64,000 bases of DNA from positions 15,826-79,825 of the forward strand of contig JAKUPQ010000002.1 in NCBI GenBank assembly GCA_022450665.1, read 5' to 3'. The translations under genes were made by a program, and so were the position numbers. The DNA is from Alphaproteobacteria bacterium (lineage in GTDB: Bacteria > Pseudomonadota > Alphaproteobacteria > Rickettsiales > VGDC01). This document shows, piece after piece, positions 49,355 through 59,656 of this stretch; within the stretch, counting starts at the first letter, position 1; the number at the start of each line of letters is the position of its first letter. The notes under the pieces are model-generated. The model had not been told where the DNA came from, did no database searches, and saw only the letters and a program-made list of their open reading frames with translations.

Positions 49355-52201
49355 TTATTCTACAATGCGGCGCCACCAACCTTTGCGGGCATTGTTCTTG
49401 TCTTCATTACTGGCTGCGGCTGTTTTACCAGAAGATGGCTCGAATGATTTATGCGCTGGTTGTGGGGCAGCAGTTTTGGCTGCCACTACGGTTGCGCTTT
49501 CCTGCTTAGGCTCTTTAGCTGGAGGCGTTTTTGCTTTAACTTCCTGTGTGTTATCAGTAGCTTTAGGCGCTTTATTTGCGGCTGGCTTTTTTGCCGCGGG
49601 TTTTCTAGTCGCAGGTTTTTTAGCCGCCACAGGTTTTTCGTCGGTATTGGCGGCAGTGACATCGTTATTTTCTGCTACTGCTTTTTTAGGACGTCCCGGA
49701 CGTTTACGCGCAGGCTTTGGTGCATCTCCTTCTGCCGTGTCGTTTTTAACAGTATTGTCTGCATCAACCTTGCTATTAACCGCTTTTTTGCGCGGCTGAC
49801 GCTTTGGCTTTGCTTCGGCAACAGCGGGTGCGTTTTGCTCTACATTAGAAGAGTTATCTTCCGTTTTTTCGGAAGGTGTAGGTTTGGGCGAGTTTTCCTG
49901 ATTGCCCTGTTCAGCGTCATGTTGCTGGGCATTAGGATTATTGTTCTCGTTTTGTTGCGAACGATCATCCCGATTGCGCCCTCCACGACGGCGTCCGCCA
50001 CGACGGCGGCGACGTGGCTTTTCATTGCCATCATCGTCATGGGTGGCCGCAGGTTTATTTGCCTGATCAGTTTTCTGATTTTCTGCCGCAGCTTCGTCTT
50101 TATCCTGATTATGCGTATTGTCGTTGTTATTTTTGGCATTGGGGTGCGGTGTACGTTCGCGCTTGCGTTTGCGAGGGCGGTTGCGCTTACCAGAAGCAGG
50201 AATACCATCCATGCCGTTTATTTCAGTTTTTTGACCTTCGGCAGTATAGCGTTCTAAAATAAATGAGGTGGCGCTCAGGAAATTTTCTCCGACTTCGATA
50301 GTAACCTGAAGATTGTGGGTTTTTTCTAACTCTGACAGACGTGTGCGCATGGTATTAAGTAAATACATCGCAATGGCAGGCTGCACTTTGAGCTTCATAT
50401 GCGCATAATCTTGTGTCGAAGCCTCTTTTTCGAGGTAGCGCAATAATTGTATGCCCTGTGCATCGGGGGTTAGCACAAAGCCACGCCCTTCGCAATAGGC
50501 GCAGGAATGGGTGTTGGTTTCTGCCAGTGACGGGCGCAAACGTTGCCGTGACATTTCCAGTAAGCCAAACGCACTGATGCGACCCAATTGAATTTTCGCC
50601 CGATCAGATTTAAGCGCATCTTTTAGCTGGCGTTCTACGGCGCGGCGATTTTTGTAATCGAACATATCAATGAAATCAATCACCACCAGTCCGGCCAAAT
50701 CGCGAAGACGCACTTGTCGTGCAATTTCCTGAGCAGCTTCTAAATTGGTTTTAAGTGCAGTTTCTTCTACATTGCGCTCAGTAGTAGAGCGGCCTGAATT
50801 GACATCAATAGAAACCAGTGCTTCGGTGGGGTTAATAACAATTGATCCGCCAGATTCCAGCTTAACCTGAGGCTCATGCATACGCAGCAACTGATCTTCT
50901 GCGTCATAGGCATAAAAAATCGGGGTGAGTTCATTGTGGTATTTAATGCGCGCCGCGTGGCTGGGCATCATTAGTTTCATAAATTCTTTAGAGCGTTTAT
51001 AGGCATGTTCGCCTGCTACGATTACTTCTTTAATGTCGCTGGAATATAAATCCCGCAACGAGCGTTTTACAATATCGGCCTCCTCATATACGAGGGCAGG
51101 CGCGGTAGAAGAAATAGTCAATTCGCGGATTTGATTCCATAGCTTAAGCAGGTAATCATAATCGCGTTTAATTTCGGCGCGGGTGCGGTCTATTCCTGCG
51201 GTACGTATGATGGCACTCATGCCATTGGAGCTACGAATTTCTTCTGAAATAGCTTTTAATCGCTTGCGGTCTTCGCTGCTGGATATTTTGCGCGAGATTC
51301 CACCGGTTTTCGGGGAGTTCGGCATTAATACGCAATAACGGCCTGCCAGAGAAATATAGGTCGAAAGGGAGGCGCCTTTATTGCCGCGCTCTTCTTTAAT
51401 AACTTGTACCAGCATTACCTGATTACGTTTGATCACTTCTTGAATTTTATAGCGGCGCAAAAATGATGCTTTGCGGCGGCGTGTAAACTCATCGTCATCA
51501 GCTAAGGCTTCTACATCGGCCTTATCGTCAGAACCAGAAGTAACGTTTTCCACGTCATCATCATCGTCGTCTTCATCACCGTTATTCCCATTGGCTGTGT
51601 TATTTTTTGTATCTTTTTTATCGTCGCCGCTTACGCTTTCATGAACTTTCTCCAGCAGATCTTCAACAATATCGGATTTTTCGGCGGGATTTGCGGCAAT
51701 TGGCTCTTGCAAATAGGTGTTGGCGATATCTTCTTCGCTTAGCTCGCCTTTATCTTCTACCGCGCCAATTTCGGATTGATCGTCTTGAGGGCGACGGTTG
51801 CGCCCCCCACGACGACGGCCACGGCGGCCACGCGGGCCACGATCACGGCGATTGTTATTGTCTTCCGAATCGTCGTCATCATTCGTGTCATTGGTTTCTT
51901 CAGCAGCTTGTTCAGCAGCCACTTCTTCAATGAGCTTTTGACGATCTTCTACTGGAATCTGGTAATAATCGGGGTGAATTTCTGAAAACGGCAAGAAACC
52001 TTGACGATCACCACCATATTCTACGAATGCTGCCTGAAGGGATGGCTCGACACGCGTAACTTTTGCCAGATAGATATTGCCTTTATTTTGCGTTTTGCTG
52101 GTCGCGCTTATGTCAAATTCATGTATTCGGTTGTCGTCTGCAATAATGACGCGTGTTTCTTCTGCGTGTGTTGCATCTATTAATAAACGTTTATTCGTCA
52201 T
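49355..52201 (-). CDS. rne: Ribonuclease E
   Basis: MTNKRLLIDATHAEETRV..., an S1 domain interrupted by an acidic/Arg-rich insert, the catalytic core (DVNSGR, VVIDFIDM), the Zn-link CxxC (CAYCEGRG), and a long Arg/Pro/Lys-rich C-terminal scaffold. Confidence 0.95.
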   Translation of the reverse strand: MTNKRLLIDATHAEETRVIIADDNRIHEFDISATSKTQNKGNIYLAKVTRVEPSLQAAFVEYGGDRQGFLPFSEIHPDYYQIPVEDRQKLIEEVAAEQAAEETNDTNDDDDSEDNNNRRDRGPRGRRGRRRGGRNRRPQDDQSEIGAVEDKGELSEEDIANTYLQEPIAANPAEKSDIVEDLLEKVHESVSGDDKKDTKNNTANGNNGDEDDDDDDVENVTSGSDDKADVEALADDDEFTRRRKASFLRRYKIQEVIKRNQVMLVQVIKEERGNKGASLSTYISLAGRYCVLMPNSPKTGGISRKISSSEDRKRLKAISEEIRSSNGMSAIIRTAGIDRTRAEIKRDYDYLLKLWNQIRELTISSTAPALVYEEADIVKRSLRDLYSSDIKEVIVAGEHAYKRSKEFMKLMMPSHAARIKYHNELTPIFYAYDAEDQLLRMHEPQVKLESGGSIVINPTEALVSIDVNSGRSTTERNVEETALKTNLEAAQEIARQVRLRDLAGLVVIDFIDMFDYKNRRAVERQLKDALKSDRAKIQLGRISAFGLLEMSRQRLRPSLAETNTHSCAYCEGRGFVLTPDAQGIQLLRYLEKEASTQDYAHMKLKVQPAIAMYLLNTMRTRLSELEKTHNLQVTIEVGENFLSATSFILERYTAEGQKTEINGMDGIPASGKRNRPRKRKRERTPHPNAKNNNDNTHNQDKDEAAAENQKTDQANKPAATHDDDGNEKPRRRRRGGRRRGGRNRDDRSQQNENNNPNAQQHDAEQGNQENSPKPTPSEKTEDNSSNVEQNAPAVAEAKPKRQPRKKAVNSKVDADNTVKNDTAEGDAPKPARKRPGRPKKAVAENNDVTAANTDEKPVAAKKPATRKPAAKKPAANKAPKATDNTQEVKAKTPPAKEPKQESATVVAAKTAAPQPAHKSFEPSSGKTAAASNEDKNNARKGWWRRIVE

Positions 52202-52708
52202 AGCCAGTTTTACTCCATAGTAAAACCTCTGCTATGGGCTGTGGTCAGTCCGCAGTTCTCCTGATATTCTGTCTTGTCTGAAGCTTGATGGGTATTTGCA
52301 TCCGCTATGTTTTTCCGACTAAAATCTATGTTCTACGATGTGACTAAAATGACCATCCCAATGAAGAGGTCCGTGTGATTAAATAATGTTAAACTCGTTT
52401 CTGCGGAAATTGGCTGGCGTTGTATTTGCCGCGCCGTTTCCGGAAAATATATTTCGCTGTGATCTCTCATCACCTTATCATCTGTTTGCCGCCGCTTTGT
52501 TATCCAGCGTTAAAAGCTTGTTTTAATGCAGTATTAAGGACAATGCTAAGCGGTATCTGCGCGTATTCGCATATGGCTAACTTTTACAATATAGACATGT
52601 GCTTTGATTTTAACAATCGTATTTATATAATGTTGCAAATAAAAGCCGCGACAGGCACAACTAAACCTGTCAAAAAGGCAACATACACCACATAATAAAG
52701 CAGCTTTC

Positions 52709-54130
52709 ATGAGACAATTTGGCATAATTACACAATTTTTGCGTTGCATATCCATCGTGCTATGTATGTTTTATGCTGTGGGGGCAATGGCGCAAACCGC
52801 TACGGATCCACTTGTGAGTAAAGTAGATGTGCAGTCTTCTGGCGGACTGGATCGCATCGTACTGCATATTTCGCAGGCAATTTCTTATGATGCATTTGGC
52901 TTGAGCAACCCCGGACGCATTGTGATAGATATGCCTTTGCTAAATTGGAAAGCTCCAACTGGGCTGCCTGCCAATTATAATGGCATGATATTAAAAAATA
53001 TTCGCATTGCACGATTTAATGCGACCACTATGCGAATGGTGTTTGATTTAGCGCTTAGTGCCGAGCTGGATGAGGTGAGTGTCATAAATCAGGGTGTAAA
53101 TAAGCCTTTTTTAATGGTATTTGATGTGGTGACACCTGAATATACTGCCGCAGCAAATCCGGAGGAATCTGAAGTTATTACACCAGCGCCAGCTTCTGAA
53201 CCCCTGATAGATACAAAAACAGAGCAAAAAGTTGTCTCGCAAAATACGCCACCCGAACAGTCATGGCGTAAATCTGCGCCCACTCCTGCAGCTATTCGTA
53301 ATTCATCGGCCATTGCTACCGGCGCCAGACCTGCAACTGATTGGGCAGAGTTGGCAGAACGCGCCAGTGAAGTAGTGCCACTGCCTGAAAATGTGCCTTT
53401 CGCTACAGCGCCTGTACCTGTGTTCCGCCCTCAGGATACGGCAAAGCGCGTGGTGGTTATTGATGCAGGGCATGGCGGGCGCGATCCCGGTGCAACTGGT
53501 GTAAAAGGCACAAAGGAAAAAGAGGTGACGCTGTATTATGCTAAGGCGCTGCGCGATGCATTGCTAAGCACCGGACGTTATGATGTAGAGCTTACCCGTG
53601 ATTATGATACATATGTGATGTTGCGGGAGAGATTAGCCATGGGGCGACGTGCTAAAGGCGACATCTTTATCTCGGTGCATGCGGATGCCGCAGAAAACCA
53701 CAGCACCCGTGGCTTGTCTATATATACGCTATCAGAAACTGCATCAGATAAAGAAGCGGCTGCGCTGGCAACACGCGAGAATAAAGTGGATATCATTTAT
53801 GGCATGAATCTATCCAGCGAACATAAAGACGTTACTGAAATTTTGATTGATCTGGCCCAGCGTGAAACCAAAAATAAATCTACTAAACTTGCAGAGATTC
53901 TGCTGGAGGCTTTGGGCAAAAAGGTAAAGCTTTTGCCTAATACCCATCGTTACGCAGGTTTTGCGGTGCTAAAAGCGCCAGATGTACCCTCGGTTTTGAT
54001 CGAATTAGGGTTTTTATCTAATCGCAAAGATGAAGCATTAATTACCAGTAGTAATTATCGCAAAGAATTGGTAAGTGCATTGGTGCTTGGTATAGATAAT
54101 TATTTTTCATACCAAAAAAACAGGCAATAA
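52709..54130 (+). CDS. amiC: N-acetylmuramoyl-L-alanine amidase with N-terminal AMIN domain
   Basis: Signal peptide, an AMIN-like block (DRIVLHISQ...GRIVIDMP), and the amidase_3 motif VVVIDAGHGGRDPGA...SVHADA. Confidence 0.88.
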   Translation: MRQFGIITQFLRCISIVLCMFYAVGAMAQTATDPLVSKVDVQSSGGLDRIVLHISQAISYDAFGLSNPGRIVIDMPLLNWKAPTGLPANYNGMILKNIRIARFNATTMRMVFDLALSAELDEVSVINQGVNKPFLMVFDVVTPEYTAAANPEESEVITPAPASEPLIDTKTEQKVVSQNTPPEQSWRKSAPTPAAIRNSSAIATGARPATDWAELAERASEVVPLPENVPFATAPVPVFRPQDTAKRVVVIDAGHGGRDPGATGVKGTKEKEVTLYYAKALRDALLSTGRYDVELTRDYDTYVMLRERLAMGRRAKGDIFISVHADAAENHSTRGLSIYTLSETASDKEAAALATRENKVDIIYGMNLSSEHKDVTEILIDLAQRETKNKSTKLAEILLEALGKKVKLLPNTHRYAGFAVLKAPDVPSVLIELGFLSNRKDEALITSSNYRKELVSALVLGIDNYFSYQKNRQ

Positions 54131-54211
54131 AAATAGTGGCATGGCGCGAGGCTTTGCTGTTATGATGCCGCCGATTTCTCATGAAGGCAATACATAAGGA
54201 TAACCGTGTAA

Positions 54212-56662
54212 ATGCTACGTTTGCTTGCTACAGGTCTGGTAACATTAATGACGCTTGGCATGATTGGCGGCGTGGCGGCATTCCTTGTGCTACAGCATTA
54301 TGGCAGCGATTTGCCCAGCATTGAGAAGCTAAAAAACTATGAACCCGATACTGCATCGCGTCTTTATGCAGGTAACGGGCGTTTGCTGGTAGAATATGCC
54401 ACACAAAATCGTATTTTTGTGCCGATTGAGGCCATGCCAAAACGTGTGATACAGGCATTTTTATCCGCAGAAGATAAAAATTTTTACAAACACCCTGGCG
54501 TGGATTTTTTGGGTGTAGTGCGCGCTGTAGCTACTAATGTGGGAAATATGGGAAGCGATGCGCGTCTGGTGGGCGCTTCTACTATTACACAGCAAGTAGT
54601 AAAGAATTTTTTGCTTACGAACGAGCAATCATTTGAGCGCAAAATTAAAGAAGCGCTTTTGGCATTTCGTATCAGTAAAGTGCTTAAAAAAGATACAGTG
54701 TTAGAGCTGTACCTCAATGACATTTATCTGGGTTTTGGCTCATATGGTGTGGCATCTGCGGCATTGAATTACTTTAACAAATCACTGGATGAACTTACGT
54801 TAGAGGAAGCTGCTTTTTTGGCAGCACTGCCCAAGGCGCCGGCAAACTATAATCCGCATAAACATTATGAGCGCGCTAAATCCCGCCGTGATTGGGTGAT
54901 AGAACGCATGGAAGAAGATAAATATATCAGTGATGAAGAGGCAGAAGAAGCCATTGCTAAGCCTATTTTAACCCGTGAACAGGATGCCACAGAATTTGCT
55001 GTAGCATCGTTTTTTGCAGAAGAGGTGCGCCGTAAACTGGTGGATATGTATGGCTCTGACAGCTTATACAAAGGCGGGTTAACAGTACACACCACGGTGA
55101 ACCCTGCCATGCAAAAGCTTGCCCGCAATGCGTTGCGTAATGCGCTTATCGACTATGATCGTCGCCATGGATATCGCGGTGTAGTACGCACTGTGAGCAT
55201 GGATAGCTGGCTGAATCAATTACGTGATTTCGCCGAATTGCGTAGCGTGCCTCTGATTGAAAATGAGCGATTGGGTGTGGTGCTAAGCATGAGCAATGCA
55301 TCGGCGCGTATTGGCTTTACAAATGGGCTTGATGGTACATTGCCATTTAGCGGAATGAAATGGGCAAAAAGCGCCGCCAGTAAACCGGATGATATTGTGA
55401 ATGTGGGTGACGTGGTGATTGTTGCACCTAGCGATGAGAGTAAAGAAAACTACGAACTTAGGCAGGTGCCGGCGGTGAATGGCGCGATGATGGTGATGGA
55501 TCCGCATACCGGACGCGTTTTAGCAATGGTGGGTGGCTATAGCTATGAAAACACTGAATTTAACCGCGCTACCCAAGCACAACGCCAACCCGGATCGGCC
55601 TTTAAACCTTTTGTTTATCTTGCGGGCTTAGAAAGAGGCTTTACTCCATCAACCATTATTCTGGATGCGCCTATCAGCATTAATCAAGGTCCAGGATTGC
55701 CTATGTGGCAACCTAAAAACTATGGCGGTGATTTCTTAGGCCCAGCGACCTTACGCAAAGGTTTAGAAACTTCCCGTAACGTTATGACAGTAAGACTTGC
55801 GCTGCAAATTGGCATTAAAGGCATCCTTGACGTTGCGTATCGCTTTGGTATTTATGACAAGTTGCCGCCGCAGTTTTCTGTTGTGCTAGGGTCGCAGGAA
55901 ACCACCTTGGTGCGCTTGGTGAATGCCTATAGCATGTTGGTTAATGGCGGCAAAAAAGTAGAACCTGCTTTGATTGAACGTATACAGAACCGCAAAGGAA
56001 AAACCATTTTCCGACGCGATGTTCGTGTGTGTGAAAATTGTGTGGCAGAAACGGCATCGTCTTATGTTAGCCCTGTTCCACCAATACCTGATGATAATCG
56101 CGAGCAAGTGGTCGATCCGCGTGTGGCGTATCAGGTAGTGTCAATGATGGAAGGCGTAGTGCAGCGCGGCACAGCCACCCGTGCGCGTGTACTGAATCGG
56201 CCATTAGCCGGAAAAACCGGAACAACAAACGATAGCCGAGATGCATGGTTTATTGGATACACGCCTGATTTGGTGGCAGGGGTATATATTGGTTTTGATA
56301 ACCCACGTACTTTAGGCAAGCGCGAAACTGGTGGCCGTGTGGCATTGCCAGCGTTTATAGATTTTATGCAAAATGCGCTTAAAGACACACCATCTGTGCC
56401 GTTTCGTATTCCTGATGGTATTCGTTTGATTAAACTAGACCGTAATACCGGTTATGTGCCCGGGCCAGATACGCAGCCTAAAGACATTATTTTGGAGGCG
56501 TTTAAACAAAATCAACGTCCGGGTTCTGCCCCAATAATGGATTATTCTTCGCCTGCTTATATGGAAGGGCAAATGCCTGACCAGAATTCTGCTTTACCTT
56601 ATGAGGCGCCCGCTGATAACACACCGTCTTCTCCCGTGGTAGGCACAGGCGGTTTGTATTAA
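54212..56662 (+). CDS. mrcA: Penicillin-binding protein 1A (bifunctional transglycosylase/transpeptidase)
   Basis: GT51 motifs (SAEDKNFYKHPGVD, GASTITQQ, RKIKEA) and transpeptidase motifs SAFKPF (SxxK), SRN and KTGTT. Confidence 0.93.
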   Translation: MLRLLATGLVTLMTLGMIGGVAAFLVLQHYGSDLPSIEKLKNYEPDTASRLYAGNGRLLVEYATQNRIFVPIEAMPKRVIQAFLSAEDKNFYKHPGVDFLGVVRAVATNVGNMGSDARLVGASTITQQVVKNFLLTNEQSFERKIKEALLAFRISKVLKKDTVLELYLNDIYLGFGSYGVASAALNYFNKSLDELTLEEAAFLAALPKAPANYNPHKHYERAKSRRDWVIERMEEDKYISDEEAEEAIAKPILTREQDATEFAVASFFAEEVRRKLVDMYGSDSLYKGGLTVHTTVNPAMQKLARNALRNALIDYDRRHGYRGVVRTVSMDSWLNQLRDFAELRSVPLIENERLGVVLSMSNASARIGFTNGLDGTLPFSGMKWAKSAASKPDDIVNVGDVVIVAPSDESKENYELRQVPAVNGAMMVMDPHTGRVLAMVGGYSYENTEFNRATQAQRQPGSAFKPFVYLAGLERGFTPSTIILDAPISINQGPGLPMWQPKNYGGDFLGPATLRKGLETSRNVMTVRLALQIGIKGILDVAYRFGIYDKLPPQFSVVLGSQETTLVRLVNAYSMLVNGGKKVEPALIERIQNRKGKTIFRRDVRVCENCVAETASSYVSPVPPIPDDNREQVVDPRVAYQVVSMMEGVVQRGTATRARVLNRPLAGKTGTTNDSRDAWFIGYTPDLVAGVYIGFDNPRTLGKRETGGRVALPAFIDFMQNALKDTPSVPFRIPDGIRLIKLDRNTGYVPGPDTQPKDIILEAFKQNQRPGSAPIMDYSSPAYMEGQMPDQNSALPYEAPADNTPSSPVVGTGGLY

Positions 56663-56682
56663 TTATTTTTTCTGAGGAAGCT

Positions 56683-57808
56683 ATGAAAGCTGAAATTGTT
56701 ACGCTTATTGATGAAATCAAGCAGTCGCTCGCACTGCTGAGGAGGTATCTTTGACTGGGATAATGCCCTGCGCCGCCATGATGAGCTGAATACACTGGCC
56801 GAAGACCCAAACTTATGGAGCAATCCTTCAGAAGCACAAAAGCTTATGAAAGAGCGCAATCATCTCGATCAGATGATTACCGGTTGCAACGAGTTGTTTA
56901 CCTCTTTAGAAGACAATGTCGGTCTTATCGAGTTGGGCGAAGAAGAAGGCGATGAACAGATAGTAAAAGAAGCCGAGAATGCCCTGCATGCCTTGGCCAA
57001 AAAATCCAGCCGCTTAGAAATCGAAAGCCTGCTCTCCGGCGAAGCAGACAGCAACGACTGTTTCTTGGAAGTGCATTCCGGTGCGGGTGGTACCGAAAGT
57101 CAGGATTGGGCTTCGATTTTGCTACGCATGTATATGCGCTGGGCAGAGAAAAACTCCTATAAAGTAGAGTATGTCGAAGAAACTCCAGGCGAAGAAGCGG
57201 GCATTAAATCGGCCACGATCAAAGTGAGTGGCCATAATGCCTATGGCTGGATGAAAACCGAAAACGGGGTGCATCGCTTGGTGCGTATCTCACCATTTGA
57301 TAGCAATGCCCGCCGACACACCAGCTTCTGTGGTGTGGCTGTTGCTCCGATTATTGATGATGAAATCGAAATTGAAATTAATGAAAAAGATTTGCGAGTA
57401 GATACCTATCGCGCTTCAGGTGCAGGCGGTCAGCATATTAACAAAACCGAATCAGCCGTGCGTTTTACGCATATTCCCACCGGTATTGTGGCGGCGTGTC
57501 AGGCGGGACGCTCTCAGCACAAAAACCGTGAAGAAGCCATGAAAATGTTGCGAGCCAAAATGTATGAAGCAGAGCTAAAAAAACGTGAAGCCGCTGCGGA
57601 TGCCGTGCAGGCTGAAAAAACCGATAATGCATGGGGACATCAGATTCGCTCTTATGTGCTGCATCCGTACCAAATGGTAAAAGATGCACGTACGGGAGTA
57701 GAAAGCAGCGACTCGCAAGGCGTACTCGATGGCGATTTAGATGCGTTTATGTCGGCAGCGCTGGCAGAGCGGGTAAAAGGGCTGGGTGAAAAAAGCAGTA
57801 ATGGCTAA
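56683..57808 (+). CDS. prfB: Peptide chain release factor 2, requiring a programmed +1 frameshift (56683..56751 joined to 56753..57808)
   Basis: Frame 0 encodes [23 protein letters not shown] and then reaches an in-frame TGA at 56752. The +1 frame continues [13 protein letters not shown]... into the ORF that carries SPF and GGQ ([18 protein letters not shown]). Confidence 0.93.
56740..56755 (+). other. prfB +1 frameshift cassette (AGG AGG TAT CTT TGA C)
   Basis: An internal SD-like AGGAGG lies 3 nt upstream of the slippery CTT followed by TGA C. This is the same arrangement as the classical RF2 autoregulatory site. Confidence 0.9.
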
Positions 57809-59606
57809 TTCACCCGTTTCCAAAAAATACACACTTGATTACCAACCAGATAAACTAATCCCCGCAGGATGGGGGGCGTATATCCGCATGGTTATTAAGC
57901 GTAATCCGCGTTTGTGGGCGTTCTTGCTATTTACCGATGTGATTCACGCAGTCCGCTATCCTGTGGCGTTTTATTTTATTGGTAAGGCCATTGATTTATT
58001 GCTTAATAGCGGATCATCAAGTCATATCCCCGATGGAGTTTGGCACTATTGCGCGCTAATTTTTGGCACGTTATTTGTGGGCGAAATGTGCCATTTATTG
58101 CCGCATTATTATACGTTCGATTGGATGAAACGCGCCCGCGCCACATTACGCAGCGACATGCTGGCCTATACTCTCGACCATTCTTATACCTATTTTCAGA
58201 ATCACTTTGCCGGAGGGCTGGCGCGTAAAATATCCGAAGGCGTGGAGAAAGTGCCGCAGCTTAACACGCAGCTACGCTGGGAGATTTTTCTGCCCGTAGT
58301 CGGTATGATCAGTTCGGCAGGATTACTTTTTGAAGTGTCGTGGATTTATGGTGTTGCAGCGTTTGGATTTTTGCTGTGCATTGTCACACCAATTTTCCTT
58401 AAACGCAAAAAGCTATTGCAAAAAATCGAGCATTATTCCGATATTCGCTCACAGGTTTCGGGGCAGATTGTAGATACGGTCAGCAACATCGCTGCGGTTA
58501 AGGCATATGCCAACGAATCGCGGGAGATGGACGAGCATAACCGTATTACTGAACAGGAAATGCAGGCGTGGCATAAAATGATCCGCCTGTGGCTACTACT
58601 CGACAATTATCGCCGCATGACGTTGGTGATATTTGGCGCGGGGATGATGGTGGCGTGTGTTGTGGGCTATCAAAACGGCCTCTTAAGCGTAGGCGAAATC
58701 GCTACTGTTATGGGCATTAGTTTCAATTTCACAGGCATGGCGTGGATGATGAGCTTTGGCATTATTCATGTGTCAGAATCGCTGGGCTATCTAAGCGACA
58801 CCCTAAAAACCATCGTCAATCCGCATAATATTACCGATGCACAAAACGCTAAGCCATTACAGGTGAAGGACGGGCGCATAGATTTTGAGCAGGTGAATTT
58901 TCACTATGGCGACAATCCTGTCTTTGTTGACTTGCAACTAACAGTGGCCGCCCATGAACGTATTGGCCTGATTGGTGCATCCGGTGCGGGTAAAACCACG
59001 TTGGTGAATTTGCTGCAACGCTTTTTTGATGTGCAGCAGGGGCAGATATGCATTGATGGCCAAGACATTGCTACAATAACCCAACAATCATTACGCGCAC
59101 AAATTGCTACGATTCCGCAAGATACGTCGCTGTTCCACCGCACACTGCGCGATAATATCCGCTATGGTAAGCTTGGTGCCAGCGATGCGGATGTGGAAGC
59201 AGCGGCTAAAAAAGCCCATGCCCACGATTTTATTATGCAGTTGCCGTTGGGATATGAAACACCTGTGGGGGAGCGGGGCATCAAACTCTCGGGCGGGCAG
59301 CGGCAGCGCATTGCTATCGCCCGTGCGGTGTTGAAAAACGCGCCGATTCTTATTTTGGATGAAGCGACCTCGGCACTCGATAGCGAAAGTGAAAAGCGCA
59401 TTCAAGAAGGACTCCATGAGCTGATGCAAGGACGTACAGTCATTGCCATTGCTCACCGCCTTTCGACCATTAGCCACATGGACAGGCTGGTGGTAATGGA
59501 TGCGGGGGCGATTGTGGAGCAGGGCACACATAGCGAGTTATTAGCTGCAAATGGTGTCTATGCCCGTTTGTGGAATATGCAATCGGGTGGATTCTTGCCA
59601 GAATAA
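57801..59606 (+). CDS. ABC transporter, fused permease/ATPase (exporter type)
   Basis: Six-TM N-terminal domain, Walker [10 protein letters not shown], signature [14 protein letters not shown], and Walker [13 protein letters not shown]. The ATG at 57801 overlaps the prfB stop. Confidence 0.88.
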   Translation: MANSPVSKKYTLDYQPDKLIPAGWGAYIRMVIKRNPRLWAFLLFTDVIHAVRYPVAFYFIGKAIDLLLNSGSSSHIPDGVWHYCALIFGTLFVGEMCHLLPHYYTFDWMKRARATLRSDMLAYTLDHSYTYFQNHFAGGLARKISEGVEKVPQLNTQLRWEIFLPVVGMISSAGLLFEVSWIYGVAAFGFLLCIVTPIFLKRKKLLQKIEHYSDIRSQVSGQIVDTVSNIAAVKAYANESREMDEHNRITEQEMQAWHKMIRLWLLLDNYRRMTLVIFGAGMMVACVVGYQNGLLSVGEIATVMGISFNFTGMAWMMSFGIIHVSESLGYLSDTLKTIVNPHNITDAQNAKPLQVKDGRIDFEQVNFHYGDNPVFVDLQLTVAAHERIGLIGASGAGKTTLVNLLQRFFDVQQGQICIDGQDIATITQQSLRAQIATIPQDTSLFHRTLRDNIRYGKLGASDADVEAAAKKAHAHDFIMQLPLGYETPVGERGIKLSGGQRQRIAIARAVLKNAPILILDEATSALDSESEKRIQEGLHELMQGRTVIAIAHRLSTISHMDRLVVMDAGAIVEQGTHSELLAANGVYARLWNMQSGGFLPE

Positions 59607-59610
59607 ATAA

Positions 59611-59637
59611 CTGAACACTGGATTGTCGTTCAGTTTT
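59611..59637 (+). terminator. Candidate rho-independent terminator after the ABC transporter gene
   Basis: Stem CTGAAC / GTTCAG with an 11-nt loop, followed by TTTT. Confidence 0.4.
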
Positions 59638-59656
59638 GAGGTATACACTCTGCCTT

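Noticed and set aside
49365-50262. Several long plus-strand ORFs (144, 268 and 82 aa), plus 51607..52183, inside rne
   Set aside because: These are antisense artefacts of the low-complexity Arg/Lys/Pro/Asp-rich RNase E segments, and their products are repetitive nonsense.
52420-52755. 91-aa and 69-aa ORFs in the rne-amiC spacer
   Set aside because: Their composition is AT-rich and Cys/Phe/Ile-heavy. They overlap each other and the amiC start, have no RBS, and are more likely leader or promoter DNA.
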